Assembly: GCA_002269645.1 (NCBI GenBank)
Contig: NIVC01000492.1
Location: forward strand, 1-58,334
Length of the DNA: 58,334 nt
Direction of reading: 5' to 3'
Source: Macrostomum lignano
Lineage: Eukaryota
The notes beneath the pieces were generated by a model. It made no database searches, was not told where the DNA came from, and was given only the letters and a program-made list of their open reading frames with translations. Below, one piece after another: positions 12,501-25,085 of this stretch. A program made the translations under genes and the position numbers. Position 1 is the first letter of the stretch; each line of letters opens with the position of its first letter.

Positions 12501-15500
12501 GGGAGAGAGGGTAGAAATGGGGGGGGAGAGGTTAGAGAATAAGGGAGAGAGGGTAAAGAATGTGGAAGAGAGGTTAGAGAATGGGTGAGAGAGGGTAGAG
12601 ACTGGGAGAGAGAGAGTAGAGAATGGGGGAGAGAGGGTAGTGGATGGGGGAGAGTGGGTCGTGACTAGGGAGAGAGGGTAGAGACTGGGGGAGAGAGGGT
12701 AGAGACTGGGGGAGAGAGGATAGAGACTGGGGGAGATAGGGTAGAAATGGGGGGGAGAGGTTAGAGAATGGGGGAGAGTGGGTAGTGACTAGGGAGAGAG
12801 GGTAGAGAATAGGGGAGAGAGGGAAGAGAATGGGGGAGAGAGGGTAGTGGATGGGGGAGAGTGGGTAGTGACTAGGGAGAGAGGGTAGAGAATAGGGGAG
12901 AGAGGGTAGAGAATAGGAGAGAGAGGTTAGAGAATGGGAGAGAGAGGGTAGAGAATGGGGGAGAGAGGGTAGAAATGCGGGGAGAGGTAAGAGAATGGGG
13001 GAGAGAGGGTAAAGAATGTGGGAGAGAGGTTAGGGAATGGGTGAGAGAGGGTAGAGACTGGGGAAGAGAGAGTAGAGAATGGGGGAGAGAGGGTAGTGGA
13101 TGGGGGAGAGTGGGTAGTGACTAGGGAGAGAGGGTAGTGACTAGGGAGAGTGGGTAGAGACTGGGGAAGAGAGAGTAGAGAATGGGGGAGAGAGGGTAGT
13201 GGATGGGGGAGAGTGGGTAGTGACTAGGGAGAGAGGGTAGTGACTAGGGAGAGTGGGTAGAGACTGGGGAAGAGAGAGTAGAGAATGGGGGAGAGAGGTT
13301 AGTGGATGGGGGAGAGTGGGTAGTGACTAGGGAGAGAGGGTAGTGACTAGGGAGAGTGGGTAGAGACTGGGGAAGAGAGAGTAGAGAATGGGGAGAGAGG
13401 GTAGTGGATGGGGGAGAGTGGGTAGTGACTAGGGAGAGAGGGTAGTGACTAGGGAGAGTGGGTAGAGACTGGGGAAGAGAGAGTAGAGAATGGGGGAGAG
13501 AGGGTAGTGGATGGGGGAGAGTGGGTAGTGACTAGGGAGAGAGGGTAGTGGATGGGGGAGAGTGGGTAGAGACTGGGGAGAGTCAAGGTCTTCGAGGTGA
13601 AATAAAATTGATGATATTTCTGTTACATGACAGATCTGTTTCATCTCTCGCTAATTTCCAGATTCGAGCTCGGAACTCCTACGGATGGGGCGAATTCAGC
13701 GATGCTGTGTCAATCAACACTCTCATACCTTCGAGACGTGAGTCAAAACCTAATTAACTAAATATGTTTCAATTTTTCTAGAAATTATTTTCTAAATTGT
13801 TAAACAAAGAAAGTAGTTAAAATCTTTATTTTAAGCCATCGTCCCCTATGACTATGAGTCATATTTAATTACCAGAGTCTTAATAAAAAATCGATAACGC
13901 TAGAATAAAGATTTTGGATTTGTTTGCTGATTTTCTGTCAGCTTTTCCATTTTATAATGGTGTTTATAACACCAACTCCCCTAGCACATGAAGTTTCACG
14001 AGCGTAAGTCATAAATTCGTCATCACTGAAAGCCGAGGCCGTTGAACATTGCGATTATAATCCTTTGGATTATTGCTATAGAATTTTACGTTTTCAGTGT
14101 TTTTTATGAGAAATAATTAAAAAGTAACGACATAACGCGGCAGGCAGACAGACAAGGTTTGGTCCAGTGTGTGAGGTTTAGCGAATTGCCGATTGATGAA
14201 TTGCTTTCAAAGCTTGCAGATTGGTTTACGAGTATAACTGGGTTAGCGTAACTTGTGGGTTTGTTTAGATATGCGAAATTAGCGGCTTGTGTAACTGGAT
14301 TGTGGAATTTTGCTTCTCTCGTTCCATACCCTCCTTCTCCCCTCTCCTTCCATACCCTCCTTCTCTCCTTCCATACCCTCCTTCTCCCCTCTCCTTCCAT
14401 ACCCTCCTTCTCTCCTCTCCTTCCATACCCTCCTTCTCCCCTCTCCTTCCATACCCTCCTTCTCTCCTCTCCTTCCATACCCTTCTCCCCTCTCCTTCCA
14501 TACCCTCCTTCTCCCCTCTCCTTCCATACCCTCCTTCTCCCCTCTCCTTCCATACCCTCCTTCTCTCCTTCCATACCCTCCTTCTCCCCTCTCCTTCCAT
14601 ACCCTCCTTCTCTCCTCTCCTTCCATACCCTCCTTCTCCCCTCTCCTTCCATACCCTCCTTCTCTCCTCTCCTTCCATACCCTTCTCCCCTCTCCTTCCA
14701 TACCCTCCTTCTCTCCTCTCCTTCCATACCCTTCTCCCCTCTCCTTCCATACCCTCCTTCTCCCCTCTCCTTCCATACCCTCCTTCTCCCCTCTCCTTCC
14801 ATACCCTCCTTCTCCCCTCTCCTTCCATACCCTCCTTCTCTCCTCTCCTTCCATACCCTCCTTCTCTCCTCTACTTCCATACCCTCCTTCTCCCCTCTCC
14901 TTCCATACCCTCCTTCTCCCCTCTCCTTCTCCCCTCTCCTTCTCCCCTCTCCTTCTCCCCTCTCCTTCTCCCCTCTCCTTCTCCCCTCTCCTTCTCCCCT
15001 CTCCTTCTCTCCTCTCCTTCTCCCCTCTCCTTCTCCCCTCTTCTTCTCCCCTCTACTTCTCCCCTCTCCTTCTCTCCTCTTCTTCTCCCCTCTACTTCTC
15101 CCCTCTCCTTCTCTCCTCTTCTTCTCCCCTCTCCTTCTCCCCTCTCCTTCTCTCCTCTCCTTCTCCCCTCTCCTTCTCCCCTCTTCTTCTCCCCTCTACT
15201 TCTCCCCTCTCCTTCTCTCCTCTTCTTCTCCCCTCTACTTCTCCCCTCTCCTTCTCTCCTCTTCTTCTCCCCTCTCCTTCTCCCCTCTCCTTCTCCCCTT
15301 TCTTTCTGTTTCTCTCTTTGTCCCTCCCTTTCCTCACATTCTCCATTTCTAACTTTTTTCAACTCCTCACCAAATCCAGAGCAGCCGATACAAAAAACTG
15401 CTTGACCAAAAAAGTCTGCAAAAGCAAAGCATCAAGTAGAAGCAGAATGGCAAGCAGAAGGACAAAGCCACGTGTGTCCAAATTAATTTCATCAGTTTTT

Positions 15501-18500
15501 TAAACCCGAGACTCAGAATCGGGGCTTGTGGCCCCGCCACTGGCGGAGCCAGATTAATTAAATCTGTGATGCAGTTTTATTATGTTTAGAACTAATGACA
15601 TGCCGCCATATGCTTACATGCCCATCAATATTGTATGGCTATCCCGCATCTATGTGTGTCTGTTTGTCCAAATTTTGTGCCCTTTTCGAGCTCGCTAATT
15701 AAATTCTATTTCGTTTGTTTCCTGGAAAAATAACTTTATATAAATTTGTGCAATTTTTATTTTCTCACAGCCGAAAATCTTGGCGGAACTGGCGCCACGG
15801 ATAGCGGCGCTGGAAATGGCGCCGGCAATGGCGCCAACGTTAATATCATAATTGGCGCTGTGGTGGCGGTGCTATTGTGCCTAGTCATTGTCCTGACTAT
15901 GATCATACTCATGAGCCGGCGGGGTCATTTGCTGCCGTTTGGAAGGTGAGCTGTCTACCGTCTACCAATCTGCCTACCCAACTGTCTACCAATTTGCCTA
16001 CTCAACTGTCTACGAATGTGCCTACCCAACTGTCTACCAATTTGCCTACCCAACTGTCTACCAATGTGCCTACCCAACTGTCTACCAATTTGCCTACCCA
16101 ACTGTCTACCAATGTGCCTACCCAACTGTCTACCAATCTGCCCCTACCCAACTGTCTACCAATCTGCCTACCCAATTATCTAACAATCTGCCCCTACCCA
16201 TCTACCAATCTACCTACCCAACTGTCTACCAATCTACCTACCCAACTGTCTACAATCTGCCTACCCAACTGTCTACAATCTGCCTACCCAACTGTCTACC
16301 AATCTGCCTACCCAACTGACTACTAATCTGCCTACCCAACTGTCTACCAATCTGCCTACCCAACTGACTACTAATCTGCCTACCCCACTAACTACCCAAC
16401 CAATCAGCTACCTAAACTAACAGCTGTCACACCAAAAAGATTCAAACCTATTCCTTATCAATAGGGACAAAATCATTACTGTTATCACTTTGAACTAATT
16501 CCAATTCTATCTATCAATCTATCAGTGCTCATCGAAGCGCACACACATTTTCTCTCTCTCTCTGTGTCCGAGAATTGGACGAAATAGAAAAATAGATTAG
16601 ATTTTGTGCCGAAATGCGGCAACGAACGAACGAGCGCAGGCATTTGATTAACAATTTATCGCGAGGTCAAAGCAAGACTTGTCCAAGCCCTATGCTGGCT
16701 ACCGCTGACCCTTGATGATGCAACCGGACCTTATACATACACCCGCTCTCTACTCTCTGCATCGTACCCTCCTGGGCCCCCGATTTTTAATTAACTTCTC
16801 TTCTGCCTAATAAAGACAGCGGAGATTTCGATTGAGTTTGATCTGGTGAAATAATTCTTTGATAGACTTCTTCTTCTATCTGTCTGCCAGTCTGTCTTAA
16901 CGTCCTCTTGTGTTCTCTATCAGTTTCTTCTCTAATCTTCCTCTCCGACTCCTATACTATCTCTGACTCGATCTGCTCTATCCCTATCATATCTCTGCCT
17001 CTCACATCTACCCCTCTCTTCTCTACCCCTCTCCTCTCTTCTCTCTCCCTCTCTTCTCTCCCTCTCCTCTCTCTCCCCCACTTCTCCCTCCCTCTCCTCT
17101 CTCCCTCTCATCTCTCCCTCTCCTCTCTCATCTCTCTCCCTCTCATCTCTACCCCTCTCCTCTCTCTTCCTCTCATCTCTACCCCTCTCCTCTTTCTTCC
17201 TCTCATCTCTACCCTTCTTCTCTCTCTTCCTCTTATCTCTACCCCTCCTATCTCTCATTTCTACCCATCTCCTCTCTCCCTCTATCTGTACCCCTCTCCT
17301 CTCTACTCTCTCATATCTCTTCTTTCTACCCCTTTCCCATGCCTGTCATCTACTCCAACTCCTCTACTAAATTAAGCCCCTCACTAAATTGCTTTTCCCG
17401 TTTCGCAGAAAGCTGATGACAGGCGATAAAGCATCGCAAGGTGGCGCCAACTCAGGCGGCGCTGCATCCTCGGCGCTGGACTGTAACATGCTGCCCTATA
17501 GCAACAGTGAGTAACAATTGTGTGCAATTAGCTTTTAGCTTAGTCCTGTATATAGAAGATGGTTAAGCTTGCCGATATGTTGCGTAGTTAATATATAAAA
17601 TGCACTTAGTGTCTATCGCTGTCTGTTCGCTTCTGCAGGCGCCTGCTCTCTGGCTTATGCTGCTAGGGGTTCTAGTGAGTCAATGTATCAATTTATAAGC
17701 GGCATTGGTTACTGTCCAATTTATATGTAGCAATTTCATGCCGGTACTGGTTGGTCGTTGTTTGCATATGTAATAATGCTTAAGCATCAGCAAGTTATTT
17801 GTTGTTTGTTCGTGTATTACCATACCTTTTTTTGAATTTTCTTGTAGTAAAAAGTTTATTATTGATTGTGGTTAGGTAAGTGTACATTGGAGTGAGGTGG
17901 GTGTAGATTGGAGTGGGGTGGGTGTAGATTTAAGTGAAGTGGGTGTAGATTGGAGTGAGGTGGGTGTAGATTGGAGTGGGGTGGGTGTAGATTTAAGTGA
18001 AGTGGGTGTAGATTGGAGTGAGGTGGGTGTAGATTGGAGTGAGGTGGATGTAGATTATAGTGAGGTGGGTGTAGATTGGAGTGGGTGGGTGTAGATTGGA
18101 GTGAGGTGAGTGTAGATTGGAGTGGGGTGGGTGTAGATTGGAGTGAGGTGGGTGTAGATTGGAGTGAGGTGGATGTAGATTATAGTGAGGTGAGTGTAGA
18201 TTGGAGTGAGGTGGGTGTAGATTGGAGTGAGGTGGATGTAGATTATAGTGAGGTGGGTGTAAATTGGAGTGAGGTGGATGTAGATTAGAGTGAGGTGGGT
18301 GTAAATTGGAGTGAGGTGGGTGTAGAATTGTAGTTGAGACGATTTTTCAAGTATCGTTATTAATTGTAAACAAATACAATAAATAATAAATTCACCCTGA
18401 TATTTATTACGGTGCAAAAGCAAAATTAAATGCAAAATATCAATGTTACGATTACGATGTAGTGTTGCCTGTTGCTGCTGGAAAAGCCCTATTTAGCTCG

Positions 18501-20575
18501 TATGTAGTTCTCGGTCGATATCCGATTTATAATTCATGCCATATTAGTTTTCTTACCAAAACTTTTGTAATGCAATTGTGCATCTTAACGACTAATTATC
18601 TATCTATTTATCTACCAATTCAACTGCCAATTCATCTACCAATGACTAATCAATCTTGCGACCAATCTACCATCTATCTATACATCTATCTATCTACCCA
18701 TCTATCTATCTACCCATCTATCTACCCATCTATCTATCTACCCATCTATCTACCCATCCATCTACCCATCTATCTATCTACCCATCTATCTATCTACCCA
18801 TCTATCTACCCATCTATCTATCTACCCATCTATCTATCTACCCATCCATCTACCCATCCATCTACACATCTATCTATCTACCCATCTATCTATCTACCCA
18901 TCCATCTACCCATCTATCTATCTACCCATCAATCTACCCATCTATCTACCCATCTATCTACCCATCTATCTACCCATCCATCTACCCATCTATCTATCTA
19001 CCCATCTATCTATCTACCCATCCATCTACACATCTATCTATCTACCCATCTATCTATCTACCCATCCATCTACCCATCTATCTATCTACCCATCCATCTA
19101 CCCATCTATCTACCCATCTATCTACCCATCTATCTACCCATCTATCTATCTACCCATCTATCTATCTACCCATCCATCTACACATCTATCTATCTACCCA
19201 TCTATCTATCAGCTACCCATCTATCTACTCATCTATCTACCCATCTATCTACCCATCTATCTACCCATCTATCTACCCATCTATCTACTCATCTATCTAT
19301 CCATCTCACACCCACGCCGCCGCCCTACAGTACCCCTGGGCCTGCATTTGCCGCAGCACCTGAAGTCCTACGTGGATCCTCACACGTACGAAGACCCCAG
19401 CCTAGCGCTGCAGGAGTTCGCTAAAGAGATCGACGCCTCCTGGATCGCCATCGAGTCCGTCTTGGGCGGCGGTGAATTCGGCGACGTCTGCAAAGGCCTT
19501 CTGACCGCGCCAGGGCGCGAGCCCCAGCCTGTTGCCGTGAAAACTCTGAAACCCGGCGCCTCGGATAAAAACAAGCTGGACTTTCTCACCGAGGCGTCGA
19601 TAATGGGTCAGTTCGACGATCCAAACGTGATCTACCTGGAGGGCGTTGTCACTCGCAGTCACCCCAACATGATTGTGACCGAGTATATGGCCAACGGATC
19701 GTTGGACGTGTTCCTGAGGGTGAGACTTGTGTATTTATAAGGTCACGGTGCTCAACTAAGAGAGTCAGTAGTGACGCTAAAAGAGTCAGTTATGGTGCTA
19801 GAATGAGAGTCAGTTATGGCGCTAGAATGAGAGTCAGTTATGGTGCTAGAATGAGAGTCAGTTATGGTGCTAGAATGAGAGTCAGTTATGGTGCTAGAAT
19901 GAGTCAGATGGGGCGCTAGAATGAGAGTCAGTTATGGTGCTAGAATGAGAGTCAGTTATGGCGCTAGAATGAGAGTCAGATGGGGCGCTAGAATGAGAGT
20001 CAGATGGGGCGCTAGAATGAAGGTCAGATGGGGCGCCAGAATGAGAGTCAGAATTAGCGCCAGAATGAAAGTCAGTTATGGCGCTAGAATGAAAGTCAGT
20101 TATGGCGCTAGAATGAGAGTCAGATGGGGCGCTAGAATGAGAGTCAGCATTGACACCAGAATGAGAGTCAGTAGTGTCGCCAAAATGAGAGTCAGCATTG
20201 GCACCAAAATGAGAGTCAGTAGTGTCGCCAAAATGAGAGTCAGCATTGGCGCCAAGTAGAACTAAGACTCCTACCGCTTTCACGAACACTCTCTATCTCC
20301 ACCCAGTATCTCAATCGATTTGATTTCAACATTTGCCTTTACTAGTATTAAATTGTACGCAATAATCTGGGGCTGTTCTGGCTGGGTTTGGTTGCGTAAT
20401 GCTCACTCATCTCCATAGCCTCCATCACTCTGATCCCCGATGTGTCTCGCCTCGAGTTTTAACAAGCTATTGTATAGAGCTGAGATGTGGAAGCGCAGAG
20501 AGACTGAAGCATGTGTATCGCCGATAGAAATGATCAACAAGCACCGTGCGTGTCTCTGGCGGTCTGTTGCTGTCT

Positions 20576-20621
<46 letters not shown>

Positions 20622-23600
20622 TCTCGCATCAATCATTAAGATCGTCTGGCCTCCAGGGAAAATCCTTCAATTCCCTATCTAGAGCGTCGAGTCGTATTAT
20701 TCAAGGAATTCTAAAAACATATCGTATCTGGAAAATGTTCACTCTTAGAAATTGCAAAAATCCTCGGTTTTGTACAAGTTGAGGTTAAGTGAAGCTTGGA
20801 GCTTGTGAAATCTCGAGCTTGTGAAATCTCGAGCTTGTGAGCTCTCGAGCTTGTGAACTCTCGAGCGTGCGAAGTTTTGAGCTTGTGAACTCTCAAGCTT
20901 GTGAAATCTCGAGCGTGTGAAGTTTTGAGCTTGTGAACTCTCAAGCTTGTGAAATCTCGAGCGTGTGAAGTTTTGAGCTTGTGAAATCTCGAGCTTGTGA
21001 AATCTCGAGCGTGTGAAGTTTTGAGCTTGTGAAATCTCGAGCTTGTGAAATCTCGAGCGTGTGAAGTTTTGAGCTTGTGAAATCTCGAGCTTGTGAAATC
21101 TCGAGCGTGTGAAGTTTTGAGCTTGTGAAATCTCGAGCTTGTGAAATCTCGAGCGTGTGAGTTTTGAGCTTGTGAAATCTCAAGCTTGTGAAATCTCGAG
21201 CTTGTGAAATCCCGAGCGTGTGAAGTTTTGAGCTTGTGAAATTTCGAGCTTGTGAAATCTCGAGCTTGTGAAATCCCGAGCGTGTGAAGTTTTGAGCTTG
21301 TGAAATTTCGAGCTTGTGAAATCTCGAGCGTGTGAAGTTTTGAGCTTGTGAAATCTCGAGCTTGTGAAATCTCGAGCGTGTGAAGTTTTGAGCTTGTGAA
21401 ATTTCGAGCTTGTGAAATCTCGAGCGTGTGAAGTTTTGAGCTTGTGAAATCTCGAGCTTGTGAAGTTTTAAGCTTGTGAACTCTCGAGCTTGTGAAATCT
21501 CGAGCGTGTGAAGTTTTGAGCTTGTGAAATCTCGAGCTTGTGAAGTTTTGAGCTTGTGAACTCTCGAGCTTGTGAAATTTCGAGCTTGTGAAGTTTTGAG
21601 CTTGTGAAATTTCGAGCGTGTGAAGTTTTGAGCTTGTGAAATTTCGAGCTTGTGAAGTTTTGAGCTTGTGAAATCTCGAGCTTGTGAAATCTCGAGCTTG
21701 TGAAATCTCGAGCTTGTGAAAACTCGAGCTTGTAAAATCTCGAGCTTGTGAAATCTCGAGCTTGTGAAAGCAATCCATTTCCAGGATGGTTAAGAATTGA
21801 AAATCCAAATTCTAGGCCTAGAACTCCTTGAGGAATAACGAGCGAGAGATTCCTTCCTGGTCTTAGCGTGGCTATTCGTTAATTTTTTAATAGTCAATTA
21901 TGCCTTAATTCTCTTGTCTGCCTTCGCTGGCCTCATTTCGGCCGTCTGACCGGCTTTCTCATCAATTTCCTTTTGACAGGCCAGGCTCTTCACTGAGCAA
22001 TGATGGAACGGCGATCCAGTGTCCTTACCGAATCTTCTGTATAGTTATAGTTAGAAGAAGATAGTTCTATTATTGGAGCTGCGCGTTCTGTGCATGAAGT
22101 GGGGATATACATGCTTGTAAAGAATAGTATGCTATGGAAGAGTTATATTGCGCGCAGTTAAGAGGGAGGGCAATGTAGACAGTAGAATATAGAAAATATA
22201 GAAATATAGAAACTCCACCCACAAACTCTACTCCATACTCTACCCAATGCTCCATCCCAAACTCTACCCTAAACTCTACCCTAAACTCCACCCCAAACCT
22301 ACCCAGAAACTCTACTCCATACCCTACCCAAAATCTACCCACAAACTCTACTCCATACCCTACCCAAAATCTACCCACAAACTCTACTCCATACCCTACC
22401 CAAAATCTACCCACAAACTCTACTCCATACCCTACCCAAAATCTACCCACAGACTCTACTCCATACCCTACCCAAAATCTACCCACAAACTCTACTCCAT
22501 ACCCTACCCAAAATCTACCCACAAACTCTACTCCATACCCTACCCAAAATCTACCCACAGACTCTACTCCATACCCTACCCAAAATCTACCCACAAACTC
22601 TACTCCATACCCTACCCAAAATCTACCCACAAACTCTACTCCATACCCTACCCAAAATCTACCCACAAACTCTACTCCATACCCTACCCAAAATCTACCC
22701 ACAGACTCTACTCCATACTCTATACAATGCTCCACCCCAAACTCTACCCCATACTCTACCCATAACTCCAACCCATACTCTACCCCAAGCTCAACCCCAA
22801 ACTTTAACCCATACTAATACCCAAAACTCTACCCTACACTCTACCCTACACTCTACCCCATCCTCAACTTCACACTCAACCCACACTCTACCCCAAAGTC
22901 TACCCTAAACTCCCAAACAAACTCTACCCCCTAATGCCGCAGGCGCACGACGGTCAGCTGAGCTGTCACCAGCTGGTTGGGATGCTCCGCGGAGTCTGCA
23001 GCGGCATGCGCTACCTCAGCGATCTGGGCTACATCCACCGCGACTTGGCCGCCCGCAACATCCTGGTTAGCCAGCAGCTCGTCTGCAAAGTCGCCGATTT
23101 CGGCTTGTCCCGCGAAGTTGTCGACAACCTTGGCGGCAACGGCGTCGGCGGTGGCACCGGCGTTGGCGGCGACGGTCTGGGAGGCACGTACACAACTAGG
23201 GGCGGCAAGATCCCAATCAGGTGGACAGCTCCAGAGGCCATCCATTTTCGAAAGTTCACCTCGGCGACCGACGTCTGGAGCTTCGGCATCGTCATGTGGG
23301 AGGTGATGTCGTTCGGCGAGAGGCCGTATTGGAATTGGACTAATCAGGATGTGATCGCGGCGGTTGAGAACGGCTACCGGCTGCCACCGCCCATGGACTG
23401 CCCGGAATCTGTGCACCTGCTCATGCTGGACTGTTGGAAATGGGATCGAACTGAGAGGCCGAAATTTCCCGCTCTGGTTCGAGCGCTGGATCGGTTGCTG
23501 CATCAGCCTGAGCTGCTTACCTGTCAGAGGGCCAGGTGAGTGGTATCATCCGGTTGTTTAATTGTTCAATATTGCGGTGTATTTGTAAACGAGGGATATC

Positions 23601-24265
23601 GAGGGATAATAATAGGGGAGATGGGGTGGGGCTGAATGTACTTGGATAAGGGGGCAGAGAGGGCGGAGGTTGGGTGGGTGTAGGGTTCAGTGTACTTAGA
23701 TAAGAGGGACAGAGAGAGACTGGCGGAGGTGGGGTGGGTGTAGGGTTCAGTGTACTTAGATAAGAGGGACAGAGAGAGGCTGGCGGAGGTGGGGTGGGTG
23801 TAGGGTTCAGTGTACTTAGATAAGAGGGACAGAGAGAGACTGGCGGAGGTGGGGTGGGTGTAGGGTTTAGTGTACTTAGATAAGAGGGACAGAGAGAGGC
23901 TGGCGGAGGTGGGGTGGGTGCTTAACGTACTCAGTTGGCGACTAGGGGCTGCAGGAATATTCCAGCCAGCCACCCCAACCTCCAACCGCAGGCCGATCTA
24001 CGAGCCGCCCACTCAGTCAATACCCGGCCGGCGTTACGCCAGCCTGCGCCAGTGGCTCACCAATCTGCGCTTGGAGCGTTACGCCGATGCGTTTTATCAG
24101 TACGGCGTGCACTCTATGGAGCTGGTGCCTCGGCTGACCTCGACTGACCTCGCCGCGATGGGCATCTCGTCTGCCGCACATCAGAAACGACTGCTGGGCG
24201 CCATTGAGAAATTGCAGTTGCACGTGTACGAAGCGACACCGTATTCTGATGGCTACCTGGTTTAG
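9502..24265 (+). CDS. Eph: Eph receptor tyrosine kinase, 5'-partial, 8 exons: 9502-9813, 10658-10875, 13662-13737, 15771-15945, 17409-17506, 19331-19719, 22943-23535, 23992-24265 (about 710 aa in window)
   Basis: All junctions are GT-AG and phase-compatible. Domains: FN3 #1 (PPTAP...[17 protein letters not shown]), FN3 #2 (split over two exons, ...[13 protein letters not shown]), TM ([23 protein letters not shown]), Eph juxtamembrane [10 protein letters not shown], kinase ([40 protein letters not shown]), SAM ([17 protein letters not shown]), and a C-terminal PDZ-binding-type tail GYLV*. Confidence 0.96.
9830..10590. repeat. G/A-rich 21-23 bp minisatellite (GGGTAGAGACTGGGTGAGAGA) filling an Eph intron
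   Basis: Visible tandem array between exons 9813 and 10658. Confidence 0.93.
10985..11665. repeat. 24-bp minisatellite (CTTTCCTAGAAAATCGCCTTTCAG); degenerate copies from 10985
   Basis: The core array is at about 11190-11660. Confidence 0.93.
12250..13580. repeat. G/A-rich composite minisatellite (GGGTAGAGAAT/GGGTAGTGACT/GGGTAGTGGAT variants)
   Basis: Visible array. Confidence 0.9.
14322..15330. repeat. CT-rich minisatellite (CTCCTTCCATACCCTCCTTCTCCCCT) grading into (CTCCTTCTCCCCT)n
   Basis: Visible array; source of several artefactual ORFs. Confidence 0.93.
15952..16400. repeat. About 24-bp minisatellite (CTACCCAACTGTCTACCAATCTGC)
   Basis: Starts about 6 nt after the donor at 15946. Confidence 0.92.
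16980..17365. repeat. CT-rich low-complexity repeat
   Basis: Visible directly. Confidence 0.85.
17890..18325. repeat. About 21-bp G-rich minisatellite (GAGTGAGGTGGGTGTAGATTG)
   Basis: Visible array. Confidence 0.92.
18670..19305. repeat. (CTACCCATCTAT(CTAT))n 12/16-bp repeat
   Basis: Visible array ending about 25 nt before the acceptor at 19330. Confidence 0.93.
19760..20255. repeat. 24-bp minisatellite (GCTAGAATGAGAGTCAGTTATGGT and variants)
   Basis: Visible array. Confidence 0.92.
20800..21770. repeat. 16-bp two-variant minisatellite (GAGCTTGTGAAATCTC / GAGCGTGTGAAGTTTT)
   Basis: Two 16-mers interleaved in irregular order. Confidence 0.93.
22215..22930. repeat. 36-bp C/A-rich minisatellite (ACCCTACCCAAAATCTACCCACAAACTCTACTCCAT)
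   Basis: Visible array running almost to the acceptor at 22942. Confidence 0.92.
23640..23920. repeat. 60-bp tandem repeat, about 4.5 copies
   Basis: Lines 23701, 23761, 23821 and 23881 begin identically. Confidence 0.93.
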
Positions 24266-24524
24266 TCTCTGAATCAACGGATTAATAAAAGGATTAAAGA
24301 TGCATCCAAATATCACAATCAGCTTGGCGCGCGCTTTCAACTGAAGCAAATTGCTTGTAAACCTTAATAATCGCTAGTGTTTAATGTTATGTGCGAGTGT
24401 TTTTTACCTGTCTTTTATACTTTTGTAAGCAATTTAGTTCTGGCTATCTGATCTTGCGGGCCCAGTGTGCAATCATATTGGTATTTCTTCCTATACTTGT
24501 GCGTGTGGATTGTACTTTGCTTTG

Positions 24525-25085
24525 GATTTGAAGGTGGCGCCAATTATTCGAATTTGAATTTGGAGCCAATTATTTGAATTTTAAGGTGGCGCCAATTATT
24601 TGAATTTTAAGGTGGCGCCAATTATTCGAATTTGAAAATGGCGCCAATGGTTTGAATTTGAAGGTGGCGCCAATAGTTTGAATTTGAAGATGGCGCCAAT
24701 TTTTTTAATTTGAAGTTGGCGCCAATTGTTTGAATTTGAAGGTGGTGCAAACTATTTGAATTTGAAGTTAGCGCCAATTGTTTGAATTTGAAGTTGGCGC
24801 CAATTGTTTGAATTTAAAGTTGGCGCCAATTGTTTGAATTTGAAGTTGGCGCCAATTGTTTGAATTTAAAGTTGGCGCCAATTGTTTGAATTTGAAGTTG
24901 GCGCCAATTGTTTGAATTTGAAGTTGGCGCCAATTGTTTGAATTTGAAGGTGGCCCCAACTATTTGAATTTGAAGGTGGCGCCAACTATTTGAATTTGAA
25001 GGTGGCCCCAACTATTTGAATTTGAAGGTGGCGCCAATTATTCGAATTTGAAGATGGCGCCAATTGTTTGAACTTGAAGGTGGCT
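24525..25085. repeat. 26-bp minisatellite (TTTGAATTTGAAGTTGGCGCCAATTG)
   Basis: Visible array; contains the palindrome TTGGCGCCAA. Confidence 0.93.

Noticed and set aside
17438-17454. AAGGTGGCGCCAA shared between an Eph exon and the 26-bp array at 24525
   Set aside because: It is only about 13 bp around a GGCGCC palindrome, which is compatible with chance.
22931-23503. 190-aa antisense ORF over the kinase exon, and similar antisense ORFs over the Kelch and TNF exons
   Set aside because: These are the expected shadow ORFs of GC-rich coding sequence.
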